A stretch of DNA of 63,539 nucleotides, filler included, from Reclinomonas americana ATCC 50394 (Eukaryota), in assembly GCA_048213135.1 (NCBI GenBank). It is 15 parts of 15 records of this genome, joined end to end, with 100 filler letters (N's around TTAATTAATTAA, not from the genome) between each part and the next. Parts side by side here need not be neighbours in the genome. Positions count along the whole stretch, not along the records: positions 1 to 2,408 come from AFZH01023546.1; positions 2,509 to 6,299 come from AFZH01023548.1; positions 6,400 to 9,393 come from AFZH01023549.1; 12 more parts are not named here. The stretch is one strand, 5' to 3'. This document shows, one piece after another, positions 1 through 8,883 of the stretch (the stretch's first letter is position 1; every line of letters begins with the position of its first letter). The position numbers and the translations under genes were made by a program. The notes under the pieces were generated by a model that was not told where the DNA came from, searched no databases, and saw nothing but the letters and a program-made list of their open reading frames with translations.

Positions 1-3
1 CTC

Positions 4-723
4 GTGGTCTGGAAGGACCTGGCGCCGGCCGAGGAAGAGGGCTTCGGCGGAGCCTTGAAGCAGGCCGGCTTCGCCCGGCTCGGCAGCTTGCCGATCGCAC
101 TGCTCGACCTGCCCTTCAAGGACGAAGCAGCCTATCTCGCCACGCTCTCGGCGGCGACGCGCAAGGACATCAAGCGCAAGCTCGCCAAGGCGGGCGAGGT
201 GCGCATCGCCTTCCACACCGACATCGCCGGACTTGAGCCCAGGATCGACGAACTCTACGAGGCGACGCGGGCGCAGAGCGGCCTCGACTATGGCGAGCTC
301 GAAGTGCTGCCGCCGGGCTATTTCGGCGCGGTCTCGCAGGCGCTCGGCGAGCGGGCGGTGTTCGCGCTCTATTGGGTCGGGGAGGAACTCGCCGCCTTCA
401 ACCTGCTGCTGGTCGAGCCCGGCCGGGTGATCGACAAGTTCCTGGGCATGCGCTACCCGCTGGCGCGCGAGCACAATCTCTATGCCGTGAGCTGGATGGC
501 GAATGTCCGCTTCTGCCTGGAGCGCGGCATCGACAAGCTCCAGAGCGGGCAGACAGCCTATGCCTCCAAGCTGCGCTTCGGCAGCCGGCTGGTGCCCTCG
601 ACCTTGCATGTACGCCACCGGCTCGCGCCGCTGCAATGGGCGCTGCGTTCCTTGAGCCCCTGGCTCGGCTTCGAGCGCTTCGACCCCGATCTTGCCGCAA
701 TCGCCCGAAAGAAGGCCGCATGA
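4..723 (+). CDS. GNAT/FemAB-like acyltransferase family protein, 5'-truncated at window edge
   Basis: Long ORF with GC3-rich codon usage. It has 'YLATLSAATRKDIKRK' and a C-terminal 'LQSGQTAYASKLRFG' typical of Acetyltransf_6/FemAB-like proteins. The stop overlaps the next ATG (ATGA, 720-723). Confidence 0.7.
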   Translation: MVWKDLAPAEEEGFGGALKQAGFARLGSLPIALLDLPFKDEAAYLATLSAATRKDIKRKLAKAGEVRIAFHTDIAGLEPRIDELYEATRAQSGLDYGELEVLPPGYFGAVSQALGERAVFALYWVGEELAAFNLLLVEPGRVIDKFLGMRYPLAREHNLYAVSWMANVRFCLERGIDKLQSGQTAYASKLRFGSRLVPSTLHVRHRLAPLQWALRSLSPWLGFERFDPDLAAIARKKAA

Positions 724-1112
724 GCAGCATCTCGCCACCGGCAAGCAGTTCATGGGGGCGCCAGCTCGCGATCTGGCTCGCCTTCATCGTGCTCGACACC
801 GCCACCCAGCTCGCCTTCAAATGGGGCGCTGACGGGATCGGCGACATGGACTTCGGCCTGGCCATGATGGCGAAGGCGATCTCGCTGCCCGGCGTCTGGC
901 TGGCGACGCTCGGTTATATCGGCGTCTTCGTCGTCTGGATGGCGATCTTGCGCGACATGCCGCTCAGCCGTGCCTTCCCGATGACGGGACTGGTCTATGT
1001 CACAGTTCCGCTGTTCGCCTGGTTCACCTTCGACGAGCACATCGACTTGGTTCGTGCCGGCGGGATCGCGCTGATCATTGCAGGCGTGTTCCTGCTCGGG
1101 GGGGACGAATGA
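720..1112 (+). CDS. SMR/EamA-type small membrane transporter (ArnE/ArnF-like)
   Basis: 130 aa with four hydrophobic helices. Motifs are 'TATQLAFK', 'LRDMPLSRAFPMTGL' and 'GIALIIAGV'. Translationally coupled at both ends. Confidence 0.75.
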   Translation: MSSISPPASSSWGRQLAIWLAFIVLDTATQLAFKWGADGIGDMDFGLAMMAKAISLPGVWLATLGYIGVFVVWMAILRDMPLSRAFPMTGLVYVTVPLFAWFTFDEHIDLVRAGGIALIIAGVFLLGGDE

Positions 1113-1531
1113 GACGCGGTGTTGGCATGGCCTCGCTGGTGGCGGCTACCCTGATGGCGGCGCTGCCGGTCCTGGCCGACCCGATGGCCGACATCGTCGG
1201 CCGCTGGCGTGATTCGGACGGGGAGTCCGAGATCGCCATCAGCCGCTGCGGACCGGCGCTGTGCGGCAAGATCGTCTGGCTGAAAGAGGCTCGCTTCGAC
1301 ATCTACAACCCCAACGAGTCGTTGCGGCAGCGCTCGCTGCTGGGGATCCAGGTGCTCACCGGCTTCAAGCCGTCGGCAAAGGGCGGGCTTGAAGGCGAGG
1401 GCTACAACCCCGGCGACGGCAAGACCTACCGCACGACGCTCGAACTGGATGCATCTGGCAGTCTGGTCGTGCGCGGTTGCGTGCTCGGCGGCCTGATCTG
1501 CGACGACGACACCTGGTCGCGACAGCCATGA
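1109..1531 (+). CDS. DUF2147 family exported protein
   Basis: N-terminal signal peptide, plus 'IVGRW', 'CGPALCGKIVWL', 'YNPGDGKTY' and 'LVVRGCVLGGLIC'. Confidence 0.85.
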   Translation: MRRGVGMASLVAATLMAALPVLADPMADIVGRWRDSDGESEIAISRCGPALCGKIVWLKEARFDIYNPNESLRQRSLLGIQVLTGFKPSAKGGLEGEGYNPGDGKTYRTTLELDASGSLVVRGCVLGGLICDDDTWSRQP

Positions 1532-1550
1532 CGACCGCCGGCGGCCGGGC

Positions 1551-2408
1551 ATGAAGGAGACTGGATCCGGCATGTCGCGGCGGATGGCATCGCTCAGGTT
1601 CAGGCTGGTGATCGGCTTCATGCTGGTCAGCGTGCCAGCGATGCTGGCCTCTGCCTTCATCGCCGCCAAGCTGATCTCCGACGCCTTCGAGGACAATGTC
1701 GAGCAATGGCTCGGCGACACCTCCCGCTTCTTCGCGCTCGAGATCGCCGAGGCGACGCAGGAGGCGCAGCGCGTCGCGGGCGTGATCGGCCACCGGCTCG
1801 AACAGTCGAGCGACGACCACAAGATGCAGCGCACCGTCGAGCGCGAATTCGCGGTGCTGAACTCGGTCGGCTACGACCTGATCGCGATCTATCGCCCGGG
1901 CGGTGAGGTGCTCTACAAGACGCGCGACTTCAGCAGCCTCACCCCGCTGCCCACGGAGACCAGTCTCGGCCTGTTCCGGATCGAGACCGACGGCAAGCGC
2001 TGGATCATGGCAGGCGCTGTCCAAGCCGTTCAGATCGGGGGCCAGCCGGCCAATCTTCTGGTCGGGACCTGGCTCGACGAAAGCTCCTTCGGCGGCATCA
2101 AGGTGGTGACCGCGCTGGAGATCCGGTTCTTCGCGCTGTTCGATGGCAAGCCCGAACTGGTGATGCAGACGCATTCCGACCGAGCGGCCGTCCTGCCGGA
2201 GGCCATAAGGGCCAGGCTGGAGGCCGGAGAGGACGGAATCTTCGACTCCGATGCCGATGGCGGCGCCTACCGCGCTGTCTATGCGGGCCTGCGCGGCATC
2301 GACGGCCAGCTCGCAGCGATCAGCTTCATCGGCATGCGCAGCGAGGCGGGCTTCTTCGAACAGCTCGGCCGGGAAAGCCTGTTCCTCGGCATCTTCCTGC
2401 TCGGCAGC
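1551..2408 (+). CDS. Membrane sensor histidine kinase, N-terminal part (NtrY-like layout), truncated by contig end
   Basis: 'SLRFRL' is followed by a TM helix, a periplasmic domain and the start of a second TM helix. The kinase domain is not visible. Confidence 0.55.
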
Positions 2409-2508
2409 NNNNNNNNNNNNNNNNNNNNNNNNNNNNNNNNNNNNNNNNNNNNTTAATTAATTAANNNNNNNNNNNNNNNNNNNNNNNNNNNNNNNNNNNN
2501 NNNNNNNN
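2409..2508. other. Artificial contig linker (N44-TTAATTAATTAA-N44). Identical linkers at 6300, 9394, 13121, 16340, 26551, 29850, 41374, 51439, 53769, 55079, 58131, 59431 and 61906
   Basis: Exactly 100 nt each time, with stop codons in all six frames. Confidence 0.98.
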
Positions 2509-2871
2509 ACGCTGAAGGGCCAGAAGTGGAACGATTTCCGCAAGGCCAATTGCGCCGATGACGACGCCTCGGAGAGCGATGCCGCCGCGGCGGTGACGGA
2601 TGCTCCTGCTCCGGCGGCGACCCCGGCTGCGACCACTGCGGGCAAGCCGGCCGCGGCGACCCCGGCAAAGCCGGCTGGCAAGGCCAAGCCCGCGGTTTTC
2701 CCGAAGGTGGTCTCGCCGAAATACTCCGACGAGACGGCCGGCAAGGCGCGCCTCAAGACCTGCGTCGACCAGTACAACGCCAACAAGGCGGCCAATGCCA
2801 ATGGCGATCTGAAGTGGATCGAGAAGGGCGGCGGCTATTGGAGCCAGTGCAACGCCAAGCTCAAGGGCTGA
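2509..2871 (+). CDS. Rhizobiales Ala/Pro-rich exported protein with Cys-containing C-terminal domain (often labelled 'antifreeze protein'), 5'-truncated
   Basis: Frame is open from the contig start (TLKGQKWNDFRKANC...). The C-terminus is 'AGKARLKTCVDQYNANK...KWIEKGGGYWSQCNAKLKG'. Confidence 0.65.
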   Translation, partial: TLKGQKWNDFRKANCADDDASESDAAAAVTDAPAPAATPAATTAGKPAAATPAKPAGKAKPAVFPKVVSPKYSDETAGKARLKTCVDQYNANKAANANGDLKWIEKGGGYWSQCNAKLKG

Positions 2872-2946
2872 GCTAAAACCGCGTGGCGCGCCCGGGGCTC
2901 GGGCGCGCCTGCAACGTCGTTTCGACCTTGTGAGCGTCCGGCCGTC

Positions 2947-4341
2947 TCAGGCCTTGGCGACGCTGCCATAGACCATCCGCCCCTTGTGGAAGGTGGCGCT
3001 GCGGGCCGGGACGCGAGCCACCGCCTCGGCCGAGCAGCTGGCGCCGACCAGGGTGAAGCCGGCATCGTCGCCGGGCTTCGGCCAGGCGCGCTTGCCCTCG
3101 TCGTCGAGCGGCAGAACGCCGCCGGTGGCGATGGCGAGCGAGCGCGACAGGCGGAACTCGTCGGAGTTCCGGTAGACCTGCGCATAGAAATACGACCGCT
3201 CCAGCATGTCGCCGCTGCCGAAGGGCGACCAGTGGTCGATGACGCTGTCGGTGCCGGTCATCACGAAGACGCCCTTGTCCTGCAGTTGCGGCAGCGGCAT
3301 CGTCAGGGCGCCGAGCGGCACGGTCGAGGCGATCGTAATCCTCTGGGCCGAAAGGCGCTGGATCGTCTCGGCCTGCTGGCCGGGCGTCATGGTCGCAAGG
3401 GCGAAGCCATGGCTGATCGTGACCTTGCCGCGCAGGGCCGGGTTCTTCTCGACGGTGTCGATCATGTAGGTGATGGCGGCAGCGCCGGACGGGCTGGTCT
3501 CGTGCAGGTGGATGTCGACGCCCTTGCCGGTGTCGAGCGCGATCTGGAACATCGCGTCGAGCGATTTCTCCATGGCCTTGTCGACATTGGTCGGGTCGAG
3601 GCCGCCGACATAGTGCACGCCCATCGTCATGGCTTCGCGCATCAGACCCTCGACCTTGGAATGCAGCAGGCCGTGCTGGGGGAAGGCGACGATCTCGCAG
3701 GAGAAGTCGTCGCGGTGCTTCTCGAGCGCGAGCAGCAGATGCTCCAGGCTCTTCAGGCCGCTGACCGGATCGATGTTGCAATGGCTGCGGGCGGTGGTCG
3801 TGCCCTTCGACTGCAACAGGGCGATCAATCCCTCGGCGCGCTCCTGCGAGGTGGGCAGCAGCTTGGGGATCAGCTTCTCCTCCAGCGCGATCATGTCCAT
3901 GATCGTCTTGCCCTGACGCGGGCGCGGCGCCTGCCAGGGGCCGCCATAGAAGGTCTTGTCGAGGTGGATGTGCATGTCGCGCATCGCCGGGAGCGCGAGC
4001 TGGCCGCCGGCATCGTAGCGCGGCAGCGTGGCCGGAAGGGTAGCGCCGGCCGGATGCAGAGCGGCGATCTTTCCGTCCTTGATCTCAAGGGTGTAGAGCC
4101 CGGTGCGGGTGCCGACCACGATGTCGCCGTCATAGTCGAAACCGTCTTCGAGCCGGACATTGCCGAGATGGTAATGGCGATTGCTCAGCACGGTGAGGCC
4201 GGCCTTGTCGCTGCTCTTCTCGACCTTGCTCGGCGCCGCCTCAGTGCTGCCGCCGGCGAGGCCGATGACCGCGGCGGTGGTGGTGAGCTGGCCCGTCTGC
4301 ATGAGAAAGCCCCTGCGGCTCTGGTGCTGCACGCTGCCCAT
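2947..4341 (-). CDS. Tat-signal metal-dependent amidohydrolase (cytosine-deaminase-like family)
   Basis: 'SRRGFL' twin-arginine motif. Metal ligands are 'DMHIHLDK', 'DIHLHE', 'SH' and 'GTD'. GGGGA RBS precedes the ATG at 4341. Confidence 0.85.
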   Translation of the reverse strand: MGSVQHQSRRGFLMQTGQLTTTAAVIGLAGGSTEAAPSKVEKSSDKAGLTVLSNRHYHLGNVRLEDGFDYDGDIVVGTRTGLYTLEIKDGKIAALHPAGATLPATLPRYDAGGQLALPAMRDMHIHLDKTFYGGPWQAPRPRQGKTIMDMIALEEKLIPKLLPTSQERAEGLIALLQSKGTTTARSHCNIDPVSGLKSLEHLLLALEKHRDDFSCEIVAFPQHGLLHSKVEGLMREAMTMGVHYVGGLDPTNVDKAMEKSLDAMFQIALDTGKGVDIHLHETSPSGAAAITYMIDTVEKNPALRGKVTISHGFALATMTPGQQAETIQRLSAQRITIASTVPLGALTMPLPQLQDKGVFVMTGTDSVIDHWSPFGSGDMLERSYFYAQVYRNSDEFRLSRSLAIATGGVLPLDDEGKRAWPKPGDDAGFTLVGASCSAEAVARVPARSATFHKGRMVYGSVAKA

Positions 4342-4487
4342 GTCGTTTCCCCGGACTGGATGTTGGTGCCCTTCCATCTACGGGAGAGCCGTCCGCGGTG
4401 GCAGCGATGTTTGCCCATGATGATCATTCGATTCGGCAATGATCAATGTGTTCAAGCCGATAGCCGGCGGAGAGCGGCGAAATGATC

Positions 4488-5345
4488 TCATGGCTCCAGC
4501 CCGCAGAAGTCCGCGAGCTTGCCGGCGAGCATAGTCGCTGCAACCGGAGCATTGTCGCGGTAATACAGCGCCAGCTCGAAGCCGGTAATCTCGGGCAGGC
4601 CCTCCGCCGCTCCGAGCACGCGATGATCCTTCTGCCGGCAGCTCGCGGGGAGCAGGGTCAGGCCGAGACCGGCGGCGGAGGCTGCGGTGAGGGCGGCCAG
4701 GCTCGTGCTGGCGTAGCTGACGCGCCAGCGCGTGCCGAGTGCGTCCAGCGCCCCGCAGAGCTCCTCGCGATAGAGGCCGTTGAGCGGGAAGACCGCCAGC
4801 GGCACCGGTGCGCGCTCGATCGCGGGGTGCGCGAGGCTGTCGAGCCAGAGCAGCGGCTCGGGCCGCGCGGCGCGTGGCGGCTGGCGGCGGCGCTGCTTGA
4901 CCAGGATCAGGTCGAGCTCCTCGCGCTCATAGGCGCTGGAGAGATCGGCGCTGAGGCCGCTGGTGACGTCGAGGCGTAGATGCGGCTCCGCCAGGCTGAA
5001 TTGCGCCAGCAGGCCAGCGGTCGGGACGGTGAAATCCTCGGGCATGCCGAGCCGCAATACGCCGTCGCGCCAGAAGCCGGTCAACGCGTCATGCGCCTCT
5101 TCATGCAGCGCAAGAATGCGCCTTGCATAGCTCAGCAGCCGCCCGCCTTCCTCGGTTAGCTGTACCTGATGCGGGTTGCGCTCGAACAGCGGCTTGCCCA
5201 GCATCTCCTCCAGCCGCCTGATCTGCTGGCTGACGGTGGATTGCGACAGCGAGACCCGTTCGGCGGCGCGGGTGAAGCTCATGCTCTCGCAGACCGCGAC
5301 GAAGCTCTGCAGCAGCTGCGGGTTGAACATGGGGTAGCGGGTCAT
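4488..5345 (-). CDS. LysR family transcriptional regulator
   Basis: HTH 'SFTRAAERVSLSQSTVSQQIRRLE...LFER' followed by a LysR substrate-binding domain. Confidence 0.95.
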   Translation of the reverse strand: MTRYPMFNPQLLQSFVAVCESMSFTRAAERVSLSQSTVSQQIRRLEEMLGKPLFERNPHQVQLTEEGGRLLSYARRILALHEEAHDALTGFWRDGVLRLGMPEDFTVPTAGLLAQFSLAEPHLRLDVTSGLSADLSSAYEREELDLILVKQRRRQPPRAARPEPLLWLDSLAHPAIERAPVPLAVFPLNGLYREELCGALDALGTRWRVSYASTSLAALTAASAAGLGLTLLPASCRQKDHRVLGAAEGLPEITGFELALYYRDNAPVAATMLAGKLADFCGLEP

Positions 5346-5384
5346 CGTCGCGCTGCCGGGCGGTTCGAGGCGGAGCGCCCGATA

Positions 5385-5490
5385 CTAGCGCAGTTCCGCA
5401 ATTCTCCGAATCGTGGAACTGCGCTAGGTCTTTGTTTTATCGCATTTTCTTCACGCGAACCGGTGTCCACTTCGCTCAAAAATGCTCTAG
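5385..5490. repeat. Rhizobiales intergenic palindromic element (Bru-RS/RIME-like)
   Basis: 106 bp bounded by CTAG. It contains a 13-bp stem CTAGCGCAGTTCC (5385-5397)/GGAACTGCGCTAG (5415-5427), then 'tttgttttatcgcattttcttcacgcgaaccggtgtccacttcgctcaaaaatgctctag'. Confidence 0.7.
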
Positions 5491-5601
5491 GCGGTGTCAA
5501 TCCGGCCGCAACTCCGGCACCACGGCTGCAAGCGCCGTGTAGGCCGGCCTGTGACTGTCTCACCGACACGAGGGCCGGCCCGACGACAAGGAGACAGACC
5601 T

Positions 5602-5874
5602 GTGAGCCCTGAACACAGCAACATTGCTCTCGATGACCAGTTGCTGGACGGCGTGCATGGCGGGTTCACCCTGCTCAATCCGCTGGCGAACGTCGGCCAG
5701 GCAGCGGGGACCGGCTTTCAGAAGGGCGAGACGATCGGCAGCGCGCTGGGAGCTGTCGGCGCCTATATCGCGGCTACCGGCGGGGCAATGCTCGGTGCGC
5801 TCAACGGGTTGAAGAACGAGGTCGGCAAAGGGGTCAACGAGGCGGTGGGCGGACGCAAGGATTTCCTCCGTTGA
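5602..5874 (+). CDS. Double-glycine-leader, glycine-zipper bacteriocin/microcin-like precursor (90 aa)
   Basis: AAGGAG RBS (5588-5593) and GTG start. The leader is MSPEHSNIALDDQLLDGVHGG and the core is Gly/Ala-rich with GxxxG repeats. Confidence 0.65.
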   Translation: MSPEHSNIALDDQLLDGVHGGFTLLNPLANVGQAAGTGFQKGETIGSALGAVGAYIAATGGAMLGALNGLKNEVGKGVNEAVGGRKDFLR

Positions 5875-5962
5875 GTCTGGCCGGTTTCCGTGGACACGGC
5901 TGGTGGGCCGAAAGATCAGCGCATTCGGCAGTGTGCTCATCATGGTTACGAGGTGGAAGAGC

Positions 5963-6299
5963 TCATTTTGCCTTCGAAGCCCCCTTCTCCAGAAGGTCAA
6001 TTACAAAACTCATGCCGTGTCCGCCGTATCCTAAGATATAAGGGGTGCCAGCCTGTTTTGACCCTATCTTGGTGTAGGTTGTCACAACCCGATTTACGTG
6101 TTGCCCCATTAAGTTGCTTAGTATCTCAAAGCCACCTTGCCTGTCAGAAGCCATTTTCCCACCCGCCGAATACAGAGTCATGGCTTCTTGCTGTAGCGCG
6201 GGATTTGTCACGGCCAATGTCACGCCCCAGACCTGAAAGAGTCGTCCCTGAACGATGCGGCCCAAACTCTTGATCAGCCCCGCGTCGGCAGTTGTCATC
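5963..6299 (-). CDS. Probable C-terminal part of the lipase gene on the next contig
   Basis: Frame is open to the contig end on the same strand as the lipase. It ends 'GGHGMSFVIDLL', resembling the catalytic-His segment of class-3/PhlA lipases. Confidence 0.5.
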
Positions 6300-6399
6300 N
6301 NNNNNNNNNNNNNNNNNNNNNNNNNNNNNNNNNNNNNNNNNNNTTAATTAATTAANNNNNNNNNNNNNNNNNNNNNNNNNNNNNNNNNNNNNNNNNNNN

Positions 6400-7062
6400 G
6401 GCGTCGAAGGATCGAATGTCCGCATTGTTCGGAACCGAGAACCCGATACCGGCGGAGTTAAAAACAATGGCCCGCAAGCCGTTCTGAATGGCCGCGTACT
6501 GCGCCAGACCGCCGCCAAGGGAGTGGCCAGTGAGCACGAGATCGGTTTTGCCCTTCAGTTTGATTGCAGCCTTCGTGACCAGGTCAGCGACATCGTATTG
6601 TGTCGAAGGAGCTCCTCGCGGGTTCGCTAACTTCGAGAATGCGCCACCGGGGATGAAACGTTCGGTATGGTTTGCCGCACTCAAAGTTGTTGGGAGGTTC
6701 GTCAGGATCCAGTCCGGCAACCCGCGAAGACTTAAAATGTTTCCACTGCCCTCAAATGATAGTACCCACAAACTTCCGTTGCTTTTATTCAGTTTATAAA
6801 GAGCGGCGTTAAAGCCAAAGCATTTGAAAAATGCTGTTTTTAGGGCGCCGATATTAATCCCCCGAGATCTTTCTCTCGGGTCCATCAGAAGCTCGATCCA
6901 ATTCATAACCAAGGACGCACTGCCTCGATTTTTGTTTGTCTGATCCGGATAAATATCCTGCGCCAGCCGGGCAAAGCTAAGTGCCGATTTTTGCTCGGAG
7001 GCCGTCAAGATGCCCGCAGGGCGGTTTGCAATCTTTTCGGTTTCGATCCAGCAATTGATCAT
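6400..7062 (-). CDS. Lipase/phospholipase A1 (PhlA/YplA, DUF2974-like), N-terminal part
   Basis: Nucleophile elbow 'LTGHSLGGGLAQYAA', plus 'AIVFNSAG', 'VLSFEGS' and 'DWILTNL'. The start could be 7062 or 7107. Confidence 0.8.
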
Positions 7063-7665
7063 AGCCACCCCCGAAGACAGCATTGTTGATGCTGACGTGT
7101 TCAGCAAGTGGTGTTGTCAGTCGAATGTACGGCTGCGAGCTAAGGCCAGGGTGCAGCGAACCCGGATCTTGCGACCTGTCGTTGGTCACGATCCAACGAG
7201 CGCTGCCGCGATTCGCCAAACTCTCCAGGACAGGGTGCCGGGGCACAAAACGCGCCCCGCTTCGCCGCGTGCTTAGGCGAAGCGCGATGCCACCAGCACC
7301 TTCATCATATCGGGAGAAAAAGGCCTGGTGGAGCTGAGGGGACGAGAACCGCAGTTAAAAAAGCGTATATTTTACAAATACTTATAACGAGACAAATGAG
7401 CGAAAAGCACCAACCTTGTGTACCAATTCGACGCCGTGAACTGTCGCGTCATCGACGCGTGGTGGCCACCTTTGCGCGGCCAAGAGTATCCCCCTGTTCG
7501 TATCCTGACCATTTTGCCCGCCGGCTCGGTAAATGGAACCGCTCGCTCGCCACTCTCCGGAGAATGCAAGGTTGGCCAACACTCGGCCAACCGGTTAAAC
7601 GTTGGCATGATATGAAGCACTCGGGTGAAGTCGCCTGAACGCCGAGGACGCACGCGGGCAATCAG

Positions 7666-8883
7666 ATGTTGAAACTAAAGCGGGCGCGCATCCGGCGATT
7701 CAAGTCGATTTGGGAGTTGGAAATTGGCCTTGCGGCCAACCTGTTGGTGCTTATAGGTCAAAATGGCGCCGGAAAGAGCTCTACGCTCCAAGCCTTCGCG
7801 CTGCTTCGCGAGTTCGCGCGCGGAAAGGTAGCTTCTTTTTTTGACGCTAGAGGCTGGGATCCTATGGACGTACGGCATCGTGGCCGTACTTCAGTGCCGT
7901 CAATCATCGGGTACGATCTAGTGCTTGAGGCCCCGGACGGCGCTCGATTTCTATGGGAGATCGATTGGGGATTGAGCTCTGGCCGCACGCGGCGAGAAAT
8001 GATCTGGCGAGTTTCCGATGGCAATTGGACAAGGCTGGTCGATTACCGCTTCCCGGGCTTGCTACGCCCAAACCGCCCTTCCCCTTTCAGAGGGCTGCGC
8101 CTCTCGGGTTCGATCCTCAACGCAGTCGACCCCGAAGAAATTTCTCCCGAGATAGATCTTGCGCCACTTCAACAGTGGGCGAGCGGTATCGTCAGCCTCG
8201 AACTGCTCAGCCCCCACGCAATGCGAAGAGGCATTCGGACGCACGCAACCGATCTCGGTGATAGGGGAGAACGCCTAGCTGGCTTTCTCGCCGGCCTCCC
8301 CGCAGAGAGTCGCGCAAGGATCGTGGATCGTCTGAAAAGGTACTATCCTCTCGAAGGATTAACAACGGTCCGCAAACGGGCTGGATGGATTGATTTATCG
8401 ATCGCAGAGGCCATTTCTGGTGTTTCCGTTAAAGCCGAGCATGTTAGCGATGGTTTTTTGCGCCTCTTAGCAATTTGCACCATCCCCGAACTTGGACCAA
8501 GCGCGTCATTGGTACTTCTTGACGAAATTGAAGACGGAATTGAGCCGCACATATTGCCAGATGTCGTTCGAGATCTTAGAGAAGAAAGTTCGAGCCAAAT
8601 AGTATTTACTTCGCACTCTCCAATACTAGCAAATTACGTGAATCCCGATGAAGTAGCCATCGTTGCAAGAGACGAACTTGGTCGAACTTTCGCTGCGCAG
8701 GCAAGTGAGCTCCGAACTTTTAGGCCCCGAGACACGGGATTCGGAACAGGCGAGCTTTGGATTAATACGAGCTTGCGTGCTCTTAACAAACAAGCGTTGG
8801 AAGCAAGAAGTCGGCAGCTTAGGACATCGGACTCCTTCGTATCTGCTCAATCAAAGCGAGCAGCATTCGTGGAGGCGATGTGA
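7666..8883 (+). CDS. ABC-type AAA_15/AAA_21 ATPase (defence-associated)
   Basis: Walker A 'GQNGAGKS', signature 'VSDGFLRL', Walker B 'LLDEIEDG' and H-loop 'FTSHSP'. No TM segments. Confidence 0.88.
   Translation: MLKLKRARIRRFKSIWELEIGLAANLLVLIGQNGAGKSSTLQAFALLREFARGKVASFFDARGWDPMDVRHRGRTSVPSIIGYDLVLEAPDGARFLWEIDWGLSSGRTRREMIWRVSDGNWTRLVDYRFPGLLRPNRPSPFRGLRLSGSILNAVDPEEISPEIDLAPLQQWASGIVSLELLSPHAMRRGIRTHATDLGDRGERLAGFLAGLPAESRARIVDRLKRYYPLEGLTTVRKRAGWIDLSIAEAISGVSVKAEHVSDGFLRLLAICTIPELGPSASLVLLDEIEDGIEPHILPDVVRDLREESSSQIVFTSHSPILANYVNPDEVAIVARDELGRTFAAQASELRTFRPRDTGFGTGELWINTSLRALNKQALEARSRQLRTSDSFVSAQSKRAAFVEAM

Noticed and set aside
2409..2508. Repeated TTAATTAATTAA palindrome flanked by Ns as a biological repeat
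   Set aside because: It is an identical 100-nt six-frame-stop linker at all 14 joins, so it is an assembly artefact. ORFs ending 'XXXLIN' are likewise artefacts.
7110..7665. Possible retron-like ncRNA or small ORFs upstream of the ATPase (hairpin at 7258-7284)
   Set aside because: No reverse transcriptase is nearby and no a1/a2 inverted repeats are evident. The overlapping short ORFs have no recognisable features.
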